From Octopus sinensis (taxonomy: Eukaryota): a stretch of 64,000 nucleotides of DNA. How positions within the stretch are numbered: the stretch's first letter is position 1; the number at the start of each line of letters is the position of its first letter. The stretch covers positions 108,004,001 to 108,068,000 of the forward strand of contig NC_042999.1 in assembly GCF_006345805.1 (NCBI RefSeq), given 5' to 3'. The notes below the pieces were generated by a model, which did no database searches, was not told the DNA's origin, and saw only the letters and a program-made list of their open reading frames with translations. The translations under genes and the position numbers were made by a program. Shown piece after piece: positions 40,690 through 55,104 of the stretch.

Positions 40690-41240
40690 CAAGCTTGTGC
40701 AGTTGTGGATTCATTGAAAAAGGGTATTTAGCACTGCCAATATATGTGCAGGAGGACAAAGGTTCAGATCTTTAGGTCTCTAGTCCTCCCTGTCCTGCTC
40801 CATAGCCATGTGACTTGGACACTGTTTGGGGCCCTTAGGAGCTGCCTGAATTCTTTTGGTATCATGACATTTCACAGGATTACGGGCTGCCATTTGGTTG
40901 GATTTATCCAACTAATGACTCTACTCAGAAACTGGGATGCATTCCATTACTTGTATTATTCAGGAGCATCAGCTGACACTGTTTAGCCATGTTGCTCGAT
41001 TTTCTGAGTTAGACCTTGCTCACTGTATTTTCTTTACTGAGGATCCAGCTGGGTTGACAGCTCATGTTGGTTGACCACATGCCACATGGCTATGCCAGAT
41101 GAAGTGGTGTCTTGCAGAGAGTGGGACTGATTGGCACTCTACTTGATGGGTTACTCAAGATGACCCAGGAATATACTGACAAATGATAAAATGATAAATA
41201 CAGCAATGTGCTGCAATGGGATATTATCCCACACCTGATC
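40690..41240 (+). pseudogene. Decayed RTE-clade LINE, 3' end
   Basis: ORF 40744-40986 RRTKVQIFRSLVLPVLLHSHVTWTL resembles the RTE post-RT motif (TK..IF...V.PVLLYG.ETWTL); continues in broken frames. Confidence 0.75.
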
Positions 41241-44200
41241 TGATGCCTTGTTATCTGAAATATCAATGAGCAGGCTGAACAATGTTGTCACTTATACCCA
41301 AAGAAGTTTGATGTTTATAGCTTGGACACATTTAGTCTTAGGACTCTTCGATCAAGGTTGACTTGGGGATAAAGAACAATAGTAACTGTTAAGTACCCTG
41401 TATGTTGGTGAATAATCTTTTAACATTGTTGTGGAATAACACAGGTCTATCCACACTTAGGATTCCAGTTTTAGCTATTTTTTGCAATCTATTTTACAAG
41501 TCAAGAATCAAAACGCTATAGAAAAGAAAAAGTTTTGGCTGCTTTATTATCCAAACTATTATAGGAAGAGTTCGATGCTGCAAAATCTTTAGTGTTTGTT
41601 TATATTCATTTTGGCACTGTCAATTATTTGTACTTATTTTTATGATTATCTGAACACTATTAACATAATTCATATCAAATATATTCCAGTAAAGATTGAA
41701 GGTTATTTTTTTCTTAAATATTTTTTTTTTTTTTTTGCATCAGGGTTCTAAAGTGGTAATATAAACAGAATTAAAATGCTTAGGATAGTACATTTTCATG
41801 ATACAAACCAATATCAAACAAATTGGAAACCAGCACCAGCTTATCTTTCTGTTTATGCATTTCTGTTTTATTAGCTTTGAACAATTTTCTTTCCTATCAA
41901 ATTTATGATCCATTTGATGTTTATGAGTTTATGATTAATTTCATTTGGAGGGAAAGTATTTTGAAATATTTATTGCTGTCTGGTCTGAATGAGTGTTTCA
42001 TCATTCATTCAATCATTCATTCAGAAAAGTCTTCTCAGATTAGAGTAGGTTTGAGTTAGATATGCAGGTTAGATATGCTGTGGAATGGTTGTGGTTGAAG
42101 ATGTCAATAAGTAGGTCATTATTATAAAGTATGTACGAGCTGTGACTGAGACGCGAGACAGTGATATTGAATATAAGCTGGCAATGGCCCTATCGAGCTA
42201 TGTACCAGTGAATCATCATATGAGAAAACTTTTGATTTTTAGAATTAGTGACGGATAGAGGACATAAATGGGCAGTTTGACTGAAAGATTTCTTTGGCAA
42301 AACTTTGTTCTCTTAAGGCAAAAGTTTGCTTTATGTAGCACTCCTGGGGTTTGAGACTGCATATAAAAGGGTGTAGAGGCCTTATGTGGCTGTTTTAAAG
42401 GTAGAAAGTATCGCCAGAGAAAAGCAATGTTTTTGATATCTTTCAGAAGACACTTTCAAGTGATGGATATGAAAGTAGTAGACAAGTAGAGACATTCTTG
42501 TGAACATGACATACAGTTAGTTTATAAGGTCATTACATTTCTTTGCTGAATAAAATATGGTTAACAGTTTATATAAAATTCTCTCATAGATTTCTTGTTT
42601 TTACTGATATATTATTCTTTTTATTTCTCTCTTAATCATTGTTAGAGGCCTGTACTGAAGAGCTTATCTGATAAATAATCCTCTAAAACAGAAATGGGTT
42701 TGTATCCCCATCTAAAATGTACAATGTGGAAACTTAAGACATATCATACTTATTTAAAATCTAATGAATTGAAAGTAGATTTGGTTGTTAATTTCATTTA
42801 AAAATATGGTGTGCTTTTAATAATTGTAAACTGTAATCATTTTAACTATGCATTTATATATTATTTGAATTATTTTTTGTTTTACCATGATCAAAACCAT
42901 GTCCAAGTATATCAAAACATGTGGTAAAATGTTCTCTTGTTTAATGGTTTAGTTCTTTCTGTTGAATTTATTGTCTTTAATATTGCAAGAATGCAAGAAT
43001 TACATACAGGCAGAAGCACTTTTAAATTTTACAAGAACAAACTACTAATTGCCACAATAACCACTCCCTACATAAATATGAGTGAAATAGATTATAGAGG
43101 AATATATCTTGCATAGCATTGATCTTTGGCTAAATGACAATGGAAGACACAAACTTTACCAGTTGCCAGTTAGAGTTATGGATCCTCAAAAGTGGCTATC
43201 AATGGCACCAAGCAAATCTGTCAACTCTCCCAATACTAGTGAATATGAGCAAACAAGGGAACCTTTAAATAGTTGTTTGATCTGCCAAAGATAGAAGGCA
43301 ACCTACATTCAAATTATAGCCTATCATCTTAAAAAAAGGTAGGAGGGAAGAATGCATTAGCCATTGGATAAAGTTTTGTAAACACCCTTTGAAAAGATGA
43401 TACGGTCACAGCTGGATTGCTTTTGGTCATGGATGTTCTCATTTAGGGATTATTTAAAACTGAAGAAACAACACCAAATCTAGTGATAAACCAATGAGAA
43501 CGCCTTTATAAGGTTGTTTGCTCTGTTAGAAATAGCTGCTAAATTCCATCAGCTCACACCCTACCATTTTAAAAAGAAGAAAGGACACATTTTATTATGA
43601 ATCATCACCACTGCCATTTTTTTATCCATTTTCCATGCTATCATGGGTTAAATGGTTGGATGAGAACAAACAAATCAGAGGACCACATATTTCTCCAGTG
43701 TCTGTTTTGGTATGGTTTCTAGACAGGGCACCCTCTCTTCATGCCAACCACATTACAGAGTCTAGTGGGTACTATTTCTGTGGTACCAGCACTAATGAGA
43801 TGATAGCTTTGTAACTCAAAAGACTAAAAGAGCTCCCTTACCTAGGAAGGAGGATAGGAGATAGCATGGTCACTTTATGAGAGGTTAATGTATAATAGGA
43901 GAAGTTGAAACAGGTTTGCTGTGGAAGAGATTCATGGTTACTTCACATTTTACAAGGGTGTCTGTAGTTCCATCTAATATACAAAAGAATTTTGGATGCT
44001 CATGACCAGAATGTCATAGATCTGTTTCATCAGGGCTCATTTGGATTAAACAACTCCAGCAATATAAGTGAATACATGACTCTCAAAAGCAACTTTGAAC
44101 GCATTCATATAAGATTAAAATTCTCAGAATAAACTAAAATAATACTTTAGTGGCCTTTCCCCAACACATAAAATGCATAACAATAAAGTACATGCAAATT

Positions 44201-45176
44201 TAAACTTGAATAATTGCCCACTGGGGCCAGATTAGACCCAAATAAGGAAGCTATTAATTAAACTAATTTTGAAAATGAGACATAGAACTTTATATACATT
44301 ACACATGTCTCTTTTCACTAAACTAAAAGTGACTTATAAACATTACTCTATTTATGCTGTTCTCTATACACACATCTAATTCAAAAATATAAAAACAACA
44401 CATCTAGAGAAGCAATGGTCACATAAATGGAGACTTTATGTAGCCACTCAATCTGCTAGAAATAGCAGCTAAATTTCCATGAAACCACACCCTACTGTTT
44501 GTAAAAGATAAGATACTTTGGCTAAAGTAGTTTAAATAAATGACGTGATGGCCACAGTTGGAACACTTTTGGTCATGGATTTGCTTCTCCAGTGCCAGCT
44601 TGGGACTCAGCATCAACAACACGAGAAGCAGTCATTCAGAGATGAGTTGGCTGGGGTTACCTGCTTATGGATCGGGAGTTCGAACCTATTGTATGCATTT
44701 TTGTATTTAAATTTTAGGGTAAAACATTTTACAGTACATTCTGTTCACCTCCCTGCTGAAAATAGGTACTACCTCATCTACAAATAGATTCATATTTTTC
44801 CTAGAAAGATTTATGTCATCTGCCTTTTCATTCTAAAATGGAAAACTAAGTACTGATCCTGAAAAAAAAATTGTTGATGTGTCAATAATTACACCATACA
44901 CACAACAGTAATTAATCATCATCATCATAATGTCTACTTTTCAATTGCATCTGTTAGAGCTCTTAGCAGATTTTTCTATGGTTAGATGGCCTTCTTATCA
45001 ACAACTGATACCTGTTTCCTAGCAAAATATTTCGCTGTGGCCAAACATGGCCTTTCAGAATACTGGAAATAAATGACATTCACATACAACTACTATGTGG
45101 TGTCAGGGCAACGGGACACATATATACACATACATTATATACCAGCATGGAAAACAGATGTTAAATTATGATAATG

Positions 45177-45221
<45 letters not shown>

Positions 45222-45767
45222 CAAGTTTCTTTCAGTTTAGATATACTAAATCCACTTGCAAAGCTATGGTTGACTTGGGGGTCTTTTGAAGAAGACATCA
45301 GCTCAAGATGCCATGCAGTGGGACTGAACCCAAATCCATTTGGTTGGAAGCAAACTCCTTAACCACACATCTACGATAATATCTTGAAAACAGAATTGGA
45401 ACTTTTTGAAGTTTCTTGTATTTTAATCTCATAAACAAATATATTTACTATTTCTCATGTATAATTTGAGAAATTTAATAGAAAACTTTAGGGTCAAAAT
45501 TGCAAGGAAACATTAAAAATAAAATGTAAAAAATAAAAAGAAATTGGGTTAAAATATATTAATGATTTTTATGTACAAAGTGTAAAGGGTTATTTTATAT
45601 TGAAGATTGCTTTGCATTAGAATAAATATAGTATGTTATTATTTCTGCTGTGCCCTGTTATTGCATAGTAAGTCAAGCATAGAAGCAGAACATGGAGAGA
45701 GCAGAATGAAGAAATATTAAGGAGATTACTGAGAGAAAATTATTAAATAAATACTATAATAATTTTC

Positions 45768-45960
45768 ATCTTTTACTTGTTTCAGTCATTGAACATCAGC
45801 CATACTGAGGTTTGTTTAAATAAAATGACCATAGCACTTATATCTTTTTGAAGTCAGGTACTTATTCTGTCAGTCTCTTTTGTGAACTGCTAAGTTACAA
45901 GGACACAAACAAACCAATACCAGTGTCAAGAGAGGGTGGGTGACAAACAAGCACACACAC
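45768..45960 (-). mobile_element. SINE homologous to 6412-6620
   Basis: CTTTTACTTGTTTCAGTCATT...AACTGCTAAGTTACA...ACCA shared. Confidence 0.6.
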
Positions 45961-46371
45961 ATGTATGTATGTATATGTGTGTATGTCTGTGTATATATAT
46001 CATCATCATCATCATCGTTTAGTGTCCGCTTGCCATGCTAACATATACATACATATATATCTTGGGAGAGAGAGGAAGTTCAAGTAGTATATGTCAACTG
46101 AAGTATATTAATAGGTATTACAATGAGTGCTTAGATCAGTTTATCACTAAACAACTGTATACGCATTTCGGAGTTAGAGAGATGTGAAAAAGTAAAATCA
46201 TATTTCTACTCACTCAGTCTCCTCATCAGTACAGTATTTCAAATTTTAAATTTGAGAGCACTGACAATTAATATATGTATTTGACCAAGTGACATCAAAC
46301 AGCATATATCCAAAGACCAGTACTTCCAAATTCAAACAGACAAATGAGATCTCGCATTCCTCCTCACTCAC

Positions 46372-46418
46372 CCACGTGTGTCAACGAGTAAAATTCCGCA
46401 GAAACTACAGTTTACTAT
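46372..46418 (-). CDS. Candidate exon (47 bp): IVNCSFCGILLVDTRG (may be UTR)
   Basis: Acceptor ataattctctcccAG, donor TGG|GTGAGT, three CpGs retained, one open frame. Confidence 0.28.
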
Positions 46419-46441
46419 CTGGGAGAGAATTATTATTGATA

Positions 46442-46484
<43 letters not shown>

Positions 46485-46485
<1 letters not shown>

Positions 46486-46590
46486 TAGGTTGAGGAAAAA
46501 ATTCATGCGCCGTGTTAAAATAATGATTTTATATATTTTTGTGGTGTATATGTTCATTTTAACACAGCGCACAAACTTTTTCCTTAATAT
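46485..46590. mobile_element. Mariner-derived MITE (MADE-like, about 105 bp)
   Basis: TA-flanked; left TTAGGTTGAGGAAAAATTCATGCGCCGTGTTAAAAT versus rc right AAGGAAAAAGTTTGTGCGCTGTGTTAAAAT. Confidence 0.75.
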
Positions 46591-48467
46591 AAAATGGGCT
46601 TCCACACAGTCTCTATCTACCACATTCACTGGTTGGCTCAGGACTATAGTAGAAAACGCCTTGCCTCTAGTGCTACATAGTGGGGTTAGCCTGGAATCAC
46701 ATGGTTGCAAAGTCATGTTGTTGTCTTTATAATTTCATCCAGTAACATGAAATGGTGTGTATAGGAATCAGATTGTAATGTTTCTTTACTTTTAATTATC
46801 ACCTTTTGTGGGAATCATTACAATATTTATATCTATACTACATTTTGCTTGGTTAGATATCTGATTGTTACTAGAAGTTTTATTCTGTATGTGAATATTG
46901 TCTCAATCTGGGAATAGGTATGCATTCAAGAATATTCCAAAGATTATGTGCGTATCATTTTTATCATCATAATTGATGTCATCATTTTACGTGTACTTAC
47001 TTCCTATACTTGTATGGGTTTATGAATCCTTACAGTCTGAGTCATGTTGCACCCATGGTCTGATGTTCATGTATGTTCTTTGGTGTGTGTTCTGAAGTTG
47101 GATGTCTCTTCTATCACCAGCCACTTTATAAAGTGTACTGGGTGCATTTTTTCTTGGCACTAACACAAGAGAGTTTGAGTAGTTCTCTGTGACATGGGAC
47201 TTAAGTGATTTCACAATCTTATGCATTCACTTCACAGTGGTCAACAAATGAACCATCAAGAAATAAGACACCTGATAATGTTCAGAGATTAGATCCCTTA
47301 AGTATTGCATTGAGGTAAATACTGTAAATAAGTACTGTGGTGAGGAAGTTTATAAACTGGAAATTTGTAGTCTTGTTAACAACACATCACATATATTTTT
47401 AAAGGTAGTGCTCCAGCATGGCCACAGTCAAATGACTGAAATAAGTAAAAAGAAGAAAGAAAAAAAGAAGATATGCAATGGCTTTGTTTAGCTTCATGCA
47501 GATGCTGATTGAGTAGAACTATGAATTCCAGACATGACTATCCCACCTATTTTATAGACATAATGTATCCTGGAGTATGTTGTATATCCTTTTGTGAGAC
47601 AGAAGTAGTTTGAGTAACATTTGGTTGCTACCTCTAGCAAACCAAGCAGCAACATAGAAGCTCACCTCATTAGCTCATCAGGCATTTAATCAGTGTCTAA
47701 GAAGATAATTACAGTGATTTCTTTCAAATACTAATGGGACAGTCTCTTATTTAATTTCAAAATTGAAACCATTTTCTTGTCTATATTCCATATTCTGAAA
47801 AGTATCAGACTTACTACAGAATCTTCTGTGTAATACCAAAAATAATTCTAGTTATGAAGTAAGTTTCCAATACATATGAAAATAATGAGAAATACATTAA
47901 AAAAAGTATTCTTATTCTATCTATTTCTATCCTTAAAACTTCAAAATTATTATTTATTTATTTATTTTATCATATATATTTTTTTATCAAATAATAAGCA
48001 GAGATCTGAAAAGAAAAATATTTTTTGAGATTTATATAATATTTATTTCGGAAATGCTGAATGACACCTGAAATAAAATGTATTTCCAGTGGGTTTATGG
48101 TTTTTATGCATTATATTATTATTAGCATCTTAGTTAGCAACACCTTTTTTGGTGAAATTCATTTTTGTTTGTAAAGATGCACTATGAGGAAAAAAATAAT
48201 ATTTTAAAAGTAATATATATCACTTCACTGATTTACGGTAGTGTCATAATTTAGATGAATGACTGTATCTGTGCAAACTAGTAAGGTATGTGGACATTTT
48301 TTATGTGCACTTTCTTTCAGTGATCTCCTAAAGAAAATCTTTTGTAACTAGGTTTTGAAAGTAAGGCTTTTACACATCATGAATGTATTTCTCATTTGCT
48401 ATCAATACAATGACAGTATAAGATGTCTTAACGAAAACTAATATTTTATTTGCATACTGCTTTGTGC

Positions 48468-48503
<36 letters not shown>

Positions 48504-49236
48504 GAGAGAGAGAGAATTTGTATATGTCGAAATTTCTAATTTCCATGCAGAGAGGAATGTGCATAAACACATACAGATGCATGTTTGCACACACACACAC
48601 GCATACACCAACACACACACACACACACACAAAGACTTTTAGTCATCCTTAAAAGAAACTTGAAATATTATAAATAACATATGAAAAGATAATGGAATTT
48701 TTAAAGGATTTTCCCTTGTCTTCCAAGAACTGTTAATGCATTCAATTTTTACTTTCTGTATTGCTGGCTTATATATATATATATATAACTTTGGTGTAAA
48801 TTTTCTCATCCTACTAATCCATGAAACATAATATTAAGGTATTTAATTCAAGATTGCATGCCAAGAACAATTTATACTTATAGGTATTTGCAAGATTTGT
48901 CATACAGTCGTATTTTTCTCCAAACAAATGTTTTTGTTTAGGCAGTAAGTAACACAAATAAATCTACGTATGGTTTTGTCATTTAAATTAATTTTACACT
49001 TACAACTTGTCTACCAATGCATCCATTTCAAGTTAAATTGATTAATTACATAAAAGCCCCTAAACTTGCTAAAATCTTGTTTGAAACACTTATTTCACCT
49101 ATATGAAAATACTTTGACATACATTGTTGCCTTCAAAGTAAATAATAAATGAATGATAAACTTGTATATGTTACAGAGATGTACTTGCATAGCAAGTGAC
49201 CTGATCTGAGATCGTGTGCTGGAATGAAAACAATTG

Positions 49237-49497
49237 CAGTGTGGAAGGTGTTTATAAGCCATTTAAGAAACACACAAAAACCATTAGATTCACTTCAACA
49301 TTTAAATTTAATTTGTCAAAATATTTTCGTCGCTTTGAGACTGCAACCTGTTCACGAGATGCCGCATGGAATTTTGTCAGTGAACAGGTCACGGTCTCTA
49401 AGTGATGAAAATGTTTTGACAAATTAAATTTAAATGTTGAAGTGAATCTAACAGTTTTTCTGTGTTCTTAAATGGCTTATAAACACCTTCCATGCTG
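49237..49497. mobile_element. Palindromic MITE-like element (about 120-bp inverted arms)
   Basis: GGAAGGTGTTTATAAGCCATTTAAGAA...TTAGATTCACTTCAACATTTAAATTTAATTTGTCAAAA...CCTGTTCAC mirrored on the right arm; short central spacer. Confidence 0.85.
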
Positions 49498-50827
49498 AAA
49501 CTGTATATGGTATATACTTCATAGTGAAAAACAAACTGGACACCAGAAAAAAAATAACTGTTAATGGACACCATAATAAGATAATTGTTTATTGTTTCAG
49601 TGCAAGTTTTTCTATGCTTGCATAAGTTTGATAGGTCTCTAAGATCACATATCACTTCTTTCAATATTGAATTCTTTAACAACTGTTGATGTGTAGTGAT
49701 TGTGGCTTTGTGCTGTTGAAGGAAACTAGACAGTTATGTCACCTGTGGAAATATTTTCTTTTGAAAATGTGTATTCATAGAAACTGTGTATGTCTCCTGT
49801 AAAGTGTGTAAGGTTAGCATTTGTGTGTGTGTGTGTGTAATGTTAAAAAGAATGGAATGAATGTTATGGAACAGTGAAAAGTTGTATGAAACACATTCGG
49901 GACTGTGAAATCTTTTAACTGCACGTACATATAATACCAGAAACTTTGCCACCAGTTTCCTAGAAAAATGTTTGAGGGAGACTTTGGAATAAGTACATAT
50001 TGTCCTTCTATTAAATCATTTTTAAATAAAGCAAAGTTGACCTCAGCAGAATTTTAATTCAGAATGTAGAGACGAAAGAAATACTGCTAAGCATTTTGTC
50101 TTGAATACCAAGATAAAGTTCTTCTGATCAAGCAAATGAAACCCATAAACAGACAACTAAATAAGAACATTCTTATGTCAGACATAGTCAAAAGTTCTGC
50201 AGGTGTCAGAAGCAAATGTTAATGACATACAAAATGAAGATGTTGGTATATATATCATTTTACAGGAGCCATACCCATGATCACCGAGAAGAGAGTCATG
50301 GAGAGGGAGATAGAAATTTGATATAATAAAAGTTGGTCATTTACAGTTTACTCTCTCAAATTTGAGATGTTAGAAATGGCAGTGCTCTAACAGCAGATGG
50401 CAGGGTGTGGAAAGCCTGGCTGTAATTATGAATATGAGTGAGTATCCAGTCTGTAGGAGGTATAGTTTGATTTACTGGTAACCATTTTGTTCATATTGCC
50501 ATCGCAGATAAATGTTGCTGGTCGAGCATGGTGTGTTAATCCCTCTAGATTTTGTCATTATTTAACCCCATGTCATTCCTGATTGAGCAGACCTATCATC
50601 AAAGGCATTAAAGCATTGGCCATCTCATCTTTTTATATATCTTGGAATACATTGTTTAATATGTTCCCTCCTTAAATTTCAGAGGGTAGAGTGCAGTTTG
50701 AGAAATATTTGGCTGCTAATTCTCAGATTGAGCGAATGCATAGAGGGTCCCATGTTTTTGACAGTTGGTTTGTCAGAAGCATACACAATGACGACCATCT
50801 AAAAGTAGAATTGGAGGTGGACAAGAG

Positions 50828-51061
50828 GGCGGCGAACTGGCAGAAACGTTAGGACACCGGGTGAAATGATTAATGGTATTTCGTCTGCCATTACATTCTG
50901 AGTTCAAATACTGCCGAGGTCGACTTTGCCTTTCATTCTTTCGGGGTTGATTAAATTAGTACCAGTTACACACTGGGGTCAATGTAATAGACTTAATCTC
51001 TTTGTCTGTCCTTGTTTGTCTCCTTTATGTTTTAGCCCCCTGTGGGCAGTAAAGAAATAAG
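50828..51061 (+). mobile_element. SINE family A, tail type 1
   Basis: Full head to GGGCAGTAAAGAAATA tail; AAGAGGG on both sides as a probable TSD. Confidence 0.85.
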
Positions 51062-52654
51062 AGGGTAAGTGAGTTTACAGAGTTGATATGTCAAAGATAT
51101 GAGTATATTAAATAAACTTTAACACACTATAATCATTTTTTTAACTACACAGTGACACACACATATGTATGCATGCACATGCATGTGTGTGTGATTGTGT
51201 TCACGTGTGTCCCTTCAAAACCATAATTGATATTGTGTCCAATGAAAATAAATCTTTAATGCATTCACTAACAGTACAATCCCTACTTGTAATTCTGATA
51301 ACAACTAAATACTCTCTTAATACATCTTTCATGCCTTCATTTATTCATGCTTAATGCACAGCTCTATTTTATCAATTATTTGGCACTCCTTAATTTTCCA
51401 AATTCAAAACAAACAAACCAGTTAATTTGAAGAAAGGTTTTTATCCTTCTCTGTGTATTTTTCTTACATACATATTATACATTCTCTCTTTATATATATC
51501 TTTTTAAATCTTAGGTTTAATACATGTACTGCTAAATATGGACAATCTCTCCTGGCAATTTGGCATTTTTTTGGATATCACCAATGATTTTTATATTTAG
51601 TTTATTTTTGTTTTCTATCTTAATATTTATACTCTCAAGTAAAAATTTTATATTAATTTTTTATTTGTTCATTTCTTTTTTTTTTTTATTAGTTTCTTGT
51701 ATTTATTTATTTTGGCAAATCTGAAAACTGATTTAACTAGGTTCTGTGTAACAGTAGGTCTGAGAAGGAAAAAGAAAATGCCTTATGTCAATTGTTTAGG
51801 AGATGTAATGTATAAAAACAAAGCATGCAATTGGCTTTGTTCCAATTAAGCATTGTCTTCTTTTCGGTTAATTTATGTCAGACAAAACAAGAAAATCAAC
51901 ACAAGATTTTTTTAATCTTATTTAATTATATGCAAGTTGAAAGTTTTAATCTTATGATGTTTTGGTGAACAAGAAAGAAACCAGGTTTAACAGCAATTTC
52001 TACTAAACAGTTTCTTGTGTGTCTGTTTTGCTGTTGAGAAGATGTAAAACCAAAACTAAAAAAATTAAATGAAAGACAAATATGTTTTTTTTTTGCCTTG
52101 CTGTAATTTTTATATTTCAAAATGACATAAATTCAAATGGTAGCTTTTGTAACAAAAGGTTATTAAATTTAGTTTTTCATTGGTTAATTTACATTTCTTT
52201 GAAATTTATTTTGTTATATTCAATGTCTCGAGGTAAGATTGAATTTAATCTGTAAAGATTATAAGAATTGTTTGCAAAAACCAAAGAAATTGTATGAATT
52301 TTGCTTCTAAACAAAATCTCTTTAAGATACTGAGGTGAAACACCTTTTCACTGGTACCAGCAAGTGATTGTGACCATCATTAACAACAGAATTATATTGT
52401 ATAATATTTGCTAATGATGTGTTTCAAAGAGAATTCAGTGATAACTAAAATTCTTTCCTACTTAGGGAAATGGCTTGAAATTTCAGTGGAGGAGAATAGT
52501 CAATTATACCAACCCCAATGCTTAAATGGTGTTCATTTCATCAACTCCAAAAGGGTGAAAGTTAACCTTAGTGGTATTTTGCTCTTTATGTTCTGAGTTC
52601 AAATTCCACCAAGAATTTTGTCTAGCATACAAATGGTTCTGCCAGGTTACATCT

Positions 52655-52845
52655 TTCAGTGATAACTAATAGAGCTGAAAATTTTGAGGATGGAGCTTGT
52701 TGATTACATCAAACCCAGTGCTCAACTGGTACTTATTTCATTGTTCCTGGAAGGTGGAGAGGCAAAATTGACCTTGGCAACATTTGAACTCAGAATGTAG
52801 AGGCAGAGGAATTGGTTCTAAACATTTTGACCATGGTGCTAACAA
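52655..52845 (-). mobile_element. Decayed SINE family A, tail type 2
   Basis: CCAGTGCTCAACTGGTACTTATTT...GGCAAAATTGACCTTGG...TTTGAACTCAGAATG. Confidence 0.65.
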
Positions 52846-52853
52846 ATCTCCTT

Positions 52854-52985
52854 ACTGATAACTAATAATAGCTTATAATGTATAACTAATACTTATCAGC
52901 TTACACTGATAACTAATAATAGCTTATAATGTTTAACTAATACTTATCAGCTTATACTGATAACTAATAATAGCTTATAATGTAT
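52854..52985. repeat. 51-bp tandem repeat, about 2.6 copies
   Basis: ACTGATAACTAATAATAGCTTATAATGTATAACTAATACTTATCAGCTTAC repeated with 1-2 substitutions. Confidence 0.9.
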
Positions 52986-55069
52986 ATTGATTAGGATACC
53001 CTTGGATGAGGGAAAAAAAAGGGCAGACAGCTACTTACTGACTATCTCACTGGTAAGATTAAAGCATTTAATTTAATACTAGAAGAACAGGTGCTGTTAT
53101 AGTGTGATTGATAGCATACCTGTTTGGATTACGGACGACATGTGGTTCAAGTTCTGCAGGCAGCTTTACACCATCCCCATCTAATCCAAAAAGGTTTTGA
53201 CTAAATTTATCACAAGGTATTTACAGCTGAACTTGCTTCAAGACACATCATAAATAAAGACTTATTTATATATTTCTCAATGTTTTTATATTTGCATCCT
53301 ATATGTGTTTAATTTGATGAAAGAAAGCTGGGATACTGGTTTTAGTTTCAACTTGCATCACATCTTCCTGGGTTATAGAAGATGTGGTTTGAGTCCTGCA
53401 GCAGCTTAACACCTTCTATTTCCTTCAATGTATTATAAGCTATTACGCAAGGCTGAATTCGCTTTGGAACATATTATTAATAAAGTCTTATTTACATATT
53501 ATTCTATTTTCCTAAATTTGCATTCTATTGTATAGTGTTCTAATTATGTAAACAAAAATAAATGTTCAAAAAGACTTTCGTAATAAACATATGATCTACA
53601 TTAATGATAGATTAATGTACAGTTGAAGTGAATAATATTACATCAATTCTCAACTATTATTACTTTTCTTTCACAGACAGCTTATTGTACTGTTTCTCTC
53701 TATAATAATTTTAATCATCATCTTAACAAGTTTGTTTCCCAACCACTTGCACAAGTGTCATATATTATAACCTCCAGGCCAACAAAAGGCTTAGGAGTAG
53801 ATTTGGTAGATGAAAACTGAATAAAGCTCAGTGTGTATGTGTTCGTATCTCTTTGCCTTGACATCGTGTAGTAGTCGAAGAGTTTCACTGTTATACAAGC
53901 AGCATCTTTAATTTCAAATTGTTGTGTGAATATGTCCAGCTATGATGAAATATTGTCTTGCTTGGAAATAGGTAAGGGTCAGTGACAGGAAAGGCAATCC
54001 AGCTGCAGAAAATCTGCTTCAGTGAATTCTGACTCATGCAAGCTTGGAAAATTGGATGTAAAATAATAATGATGTCTGTAGCACTTTAGAAGTATCAGAA
54101 ACTTAGGAAGAATTAATTCTTGGCATCCTATTGAAAATGAAGTCAAAAGTCCAATCCTGTAATGATTTCATTACATAACAAAAAAATGAATGATAGTGGA
54201 AGGGATTAGAGTTATCTCTGCCTTACATAAGACTTATTCACTTCTTTCAAAATAGCTGTTAAAAAAGGTTATGGTTTGTGTGATATACCTCTTAGGACTA
54301 ACTGATCAGAGCACTCTCATGCATTATTGTCATTCAGAAAATTATGAGTTAAGGTAGATTCTGAAATTAGAACATCATTTGCTGTTGTGTTTGCTTAATC
54401 CTAAGCAAATTCTGATCAAGCAAACCTTAGAATTCAATTGATCTTATTTTGGTTACAACTGCTGCTACTTGTTTTTAGATTTTAGATAACTCATGAAGAC
54501 ATCTTTGCCAACTAATTGCTTAGATAATTACAGTTGATAGCTTTACAACTCACAGTAATAGGGACATGTTTGTCTGAAAAAGAAGTTTCCTTATCAACTA
54601 AATGGTTTCAGCTTCAGTTCCAGTTGTGTGGTATCTTGGGCAAGTGTCTTCTATATACCCAGGTCTAACAGTCTTTTGAGTTGATTTGGTAGGTGGAAAC
54701 TAAAAGAAGCCTGTCAAATGTATGTGTGTGTATGTGTGCCTGCATCAGTGAGTTTGTGCATCCTTCTTTTTATATCACATGATAATTGTAAACAAGTGTC
54801 ACTATCTGAAAACAGTCATGGGGAAATATTACCAAATTTGGAAACAAAGTTTTTAACAAAAAAAGCCTCTTGCTGTAGAAAACCTTCCTTCCTTAATGAA
54901 TTCCATCTGACTCATGTAAACATGGAAGCATTGATGTTAAACCAATGGCGACAGGGATAATGTGGCTCTATCATAACTTACCATTCATTATGCAGAACAC
55001 TCTTCTAAAAGTATTTTTCTTCAGTTATTTTATTCATAGTCATAATCAACATATCTACATTTCCCCTAC

Positions 55070-55104
<35 letters not shown>

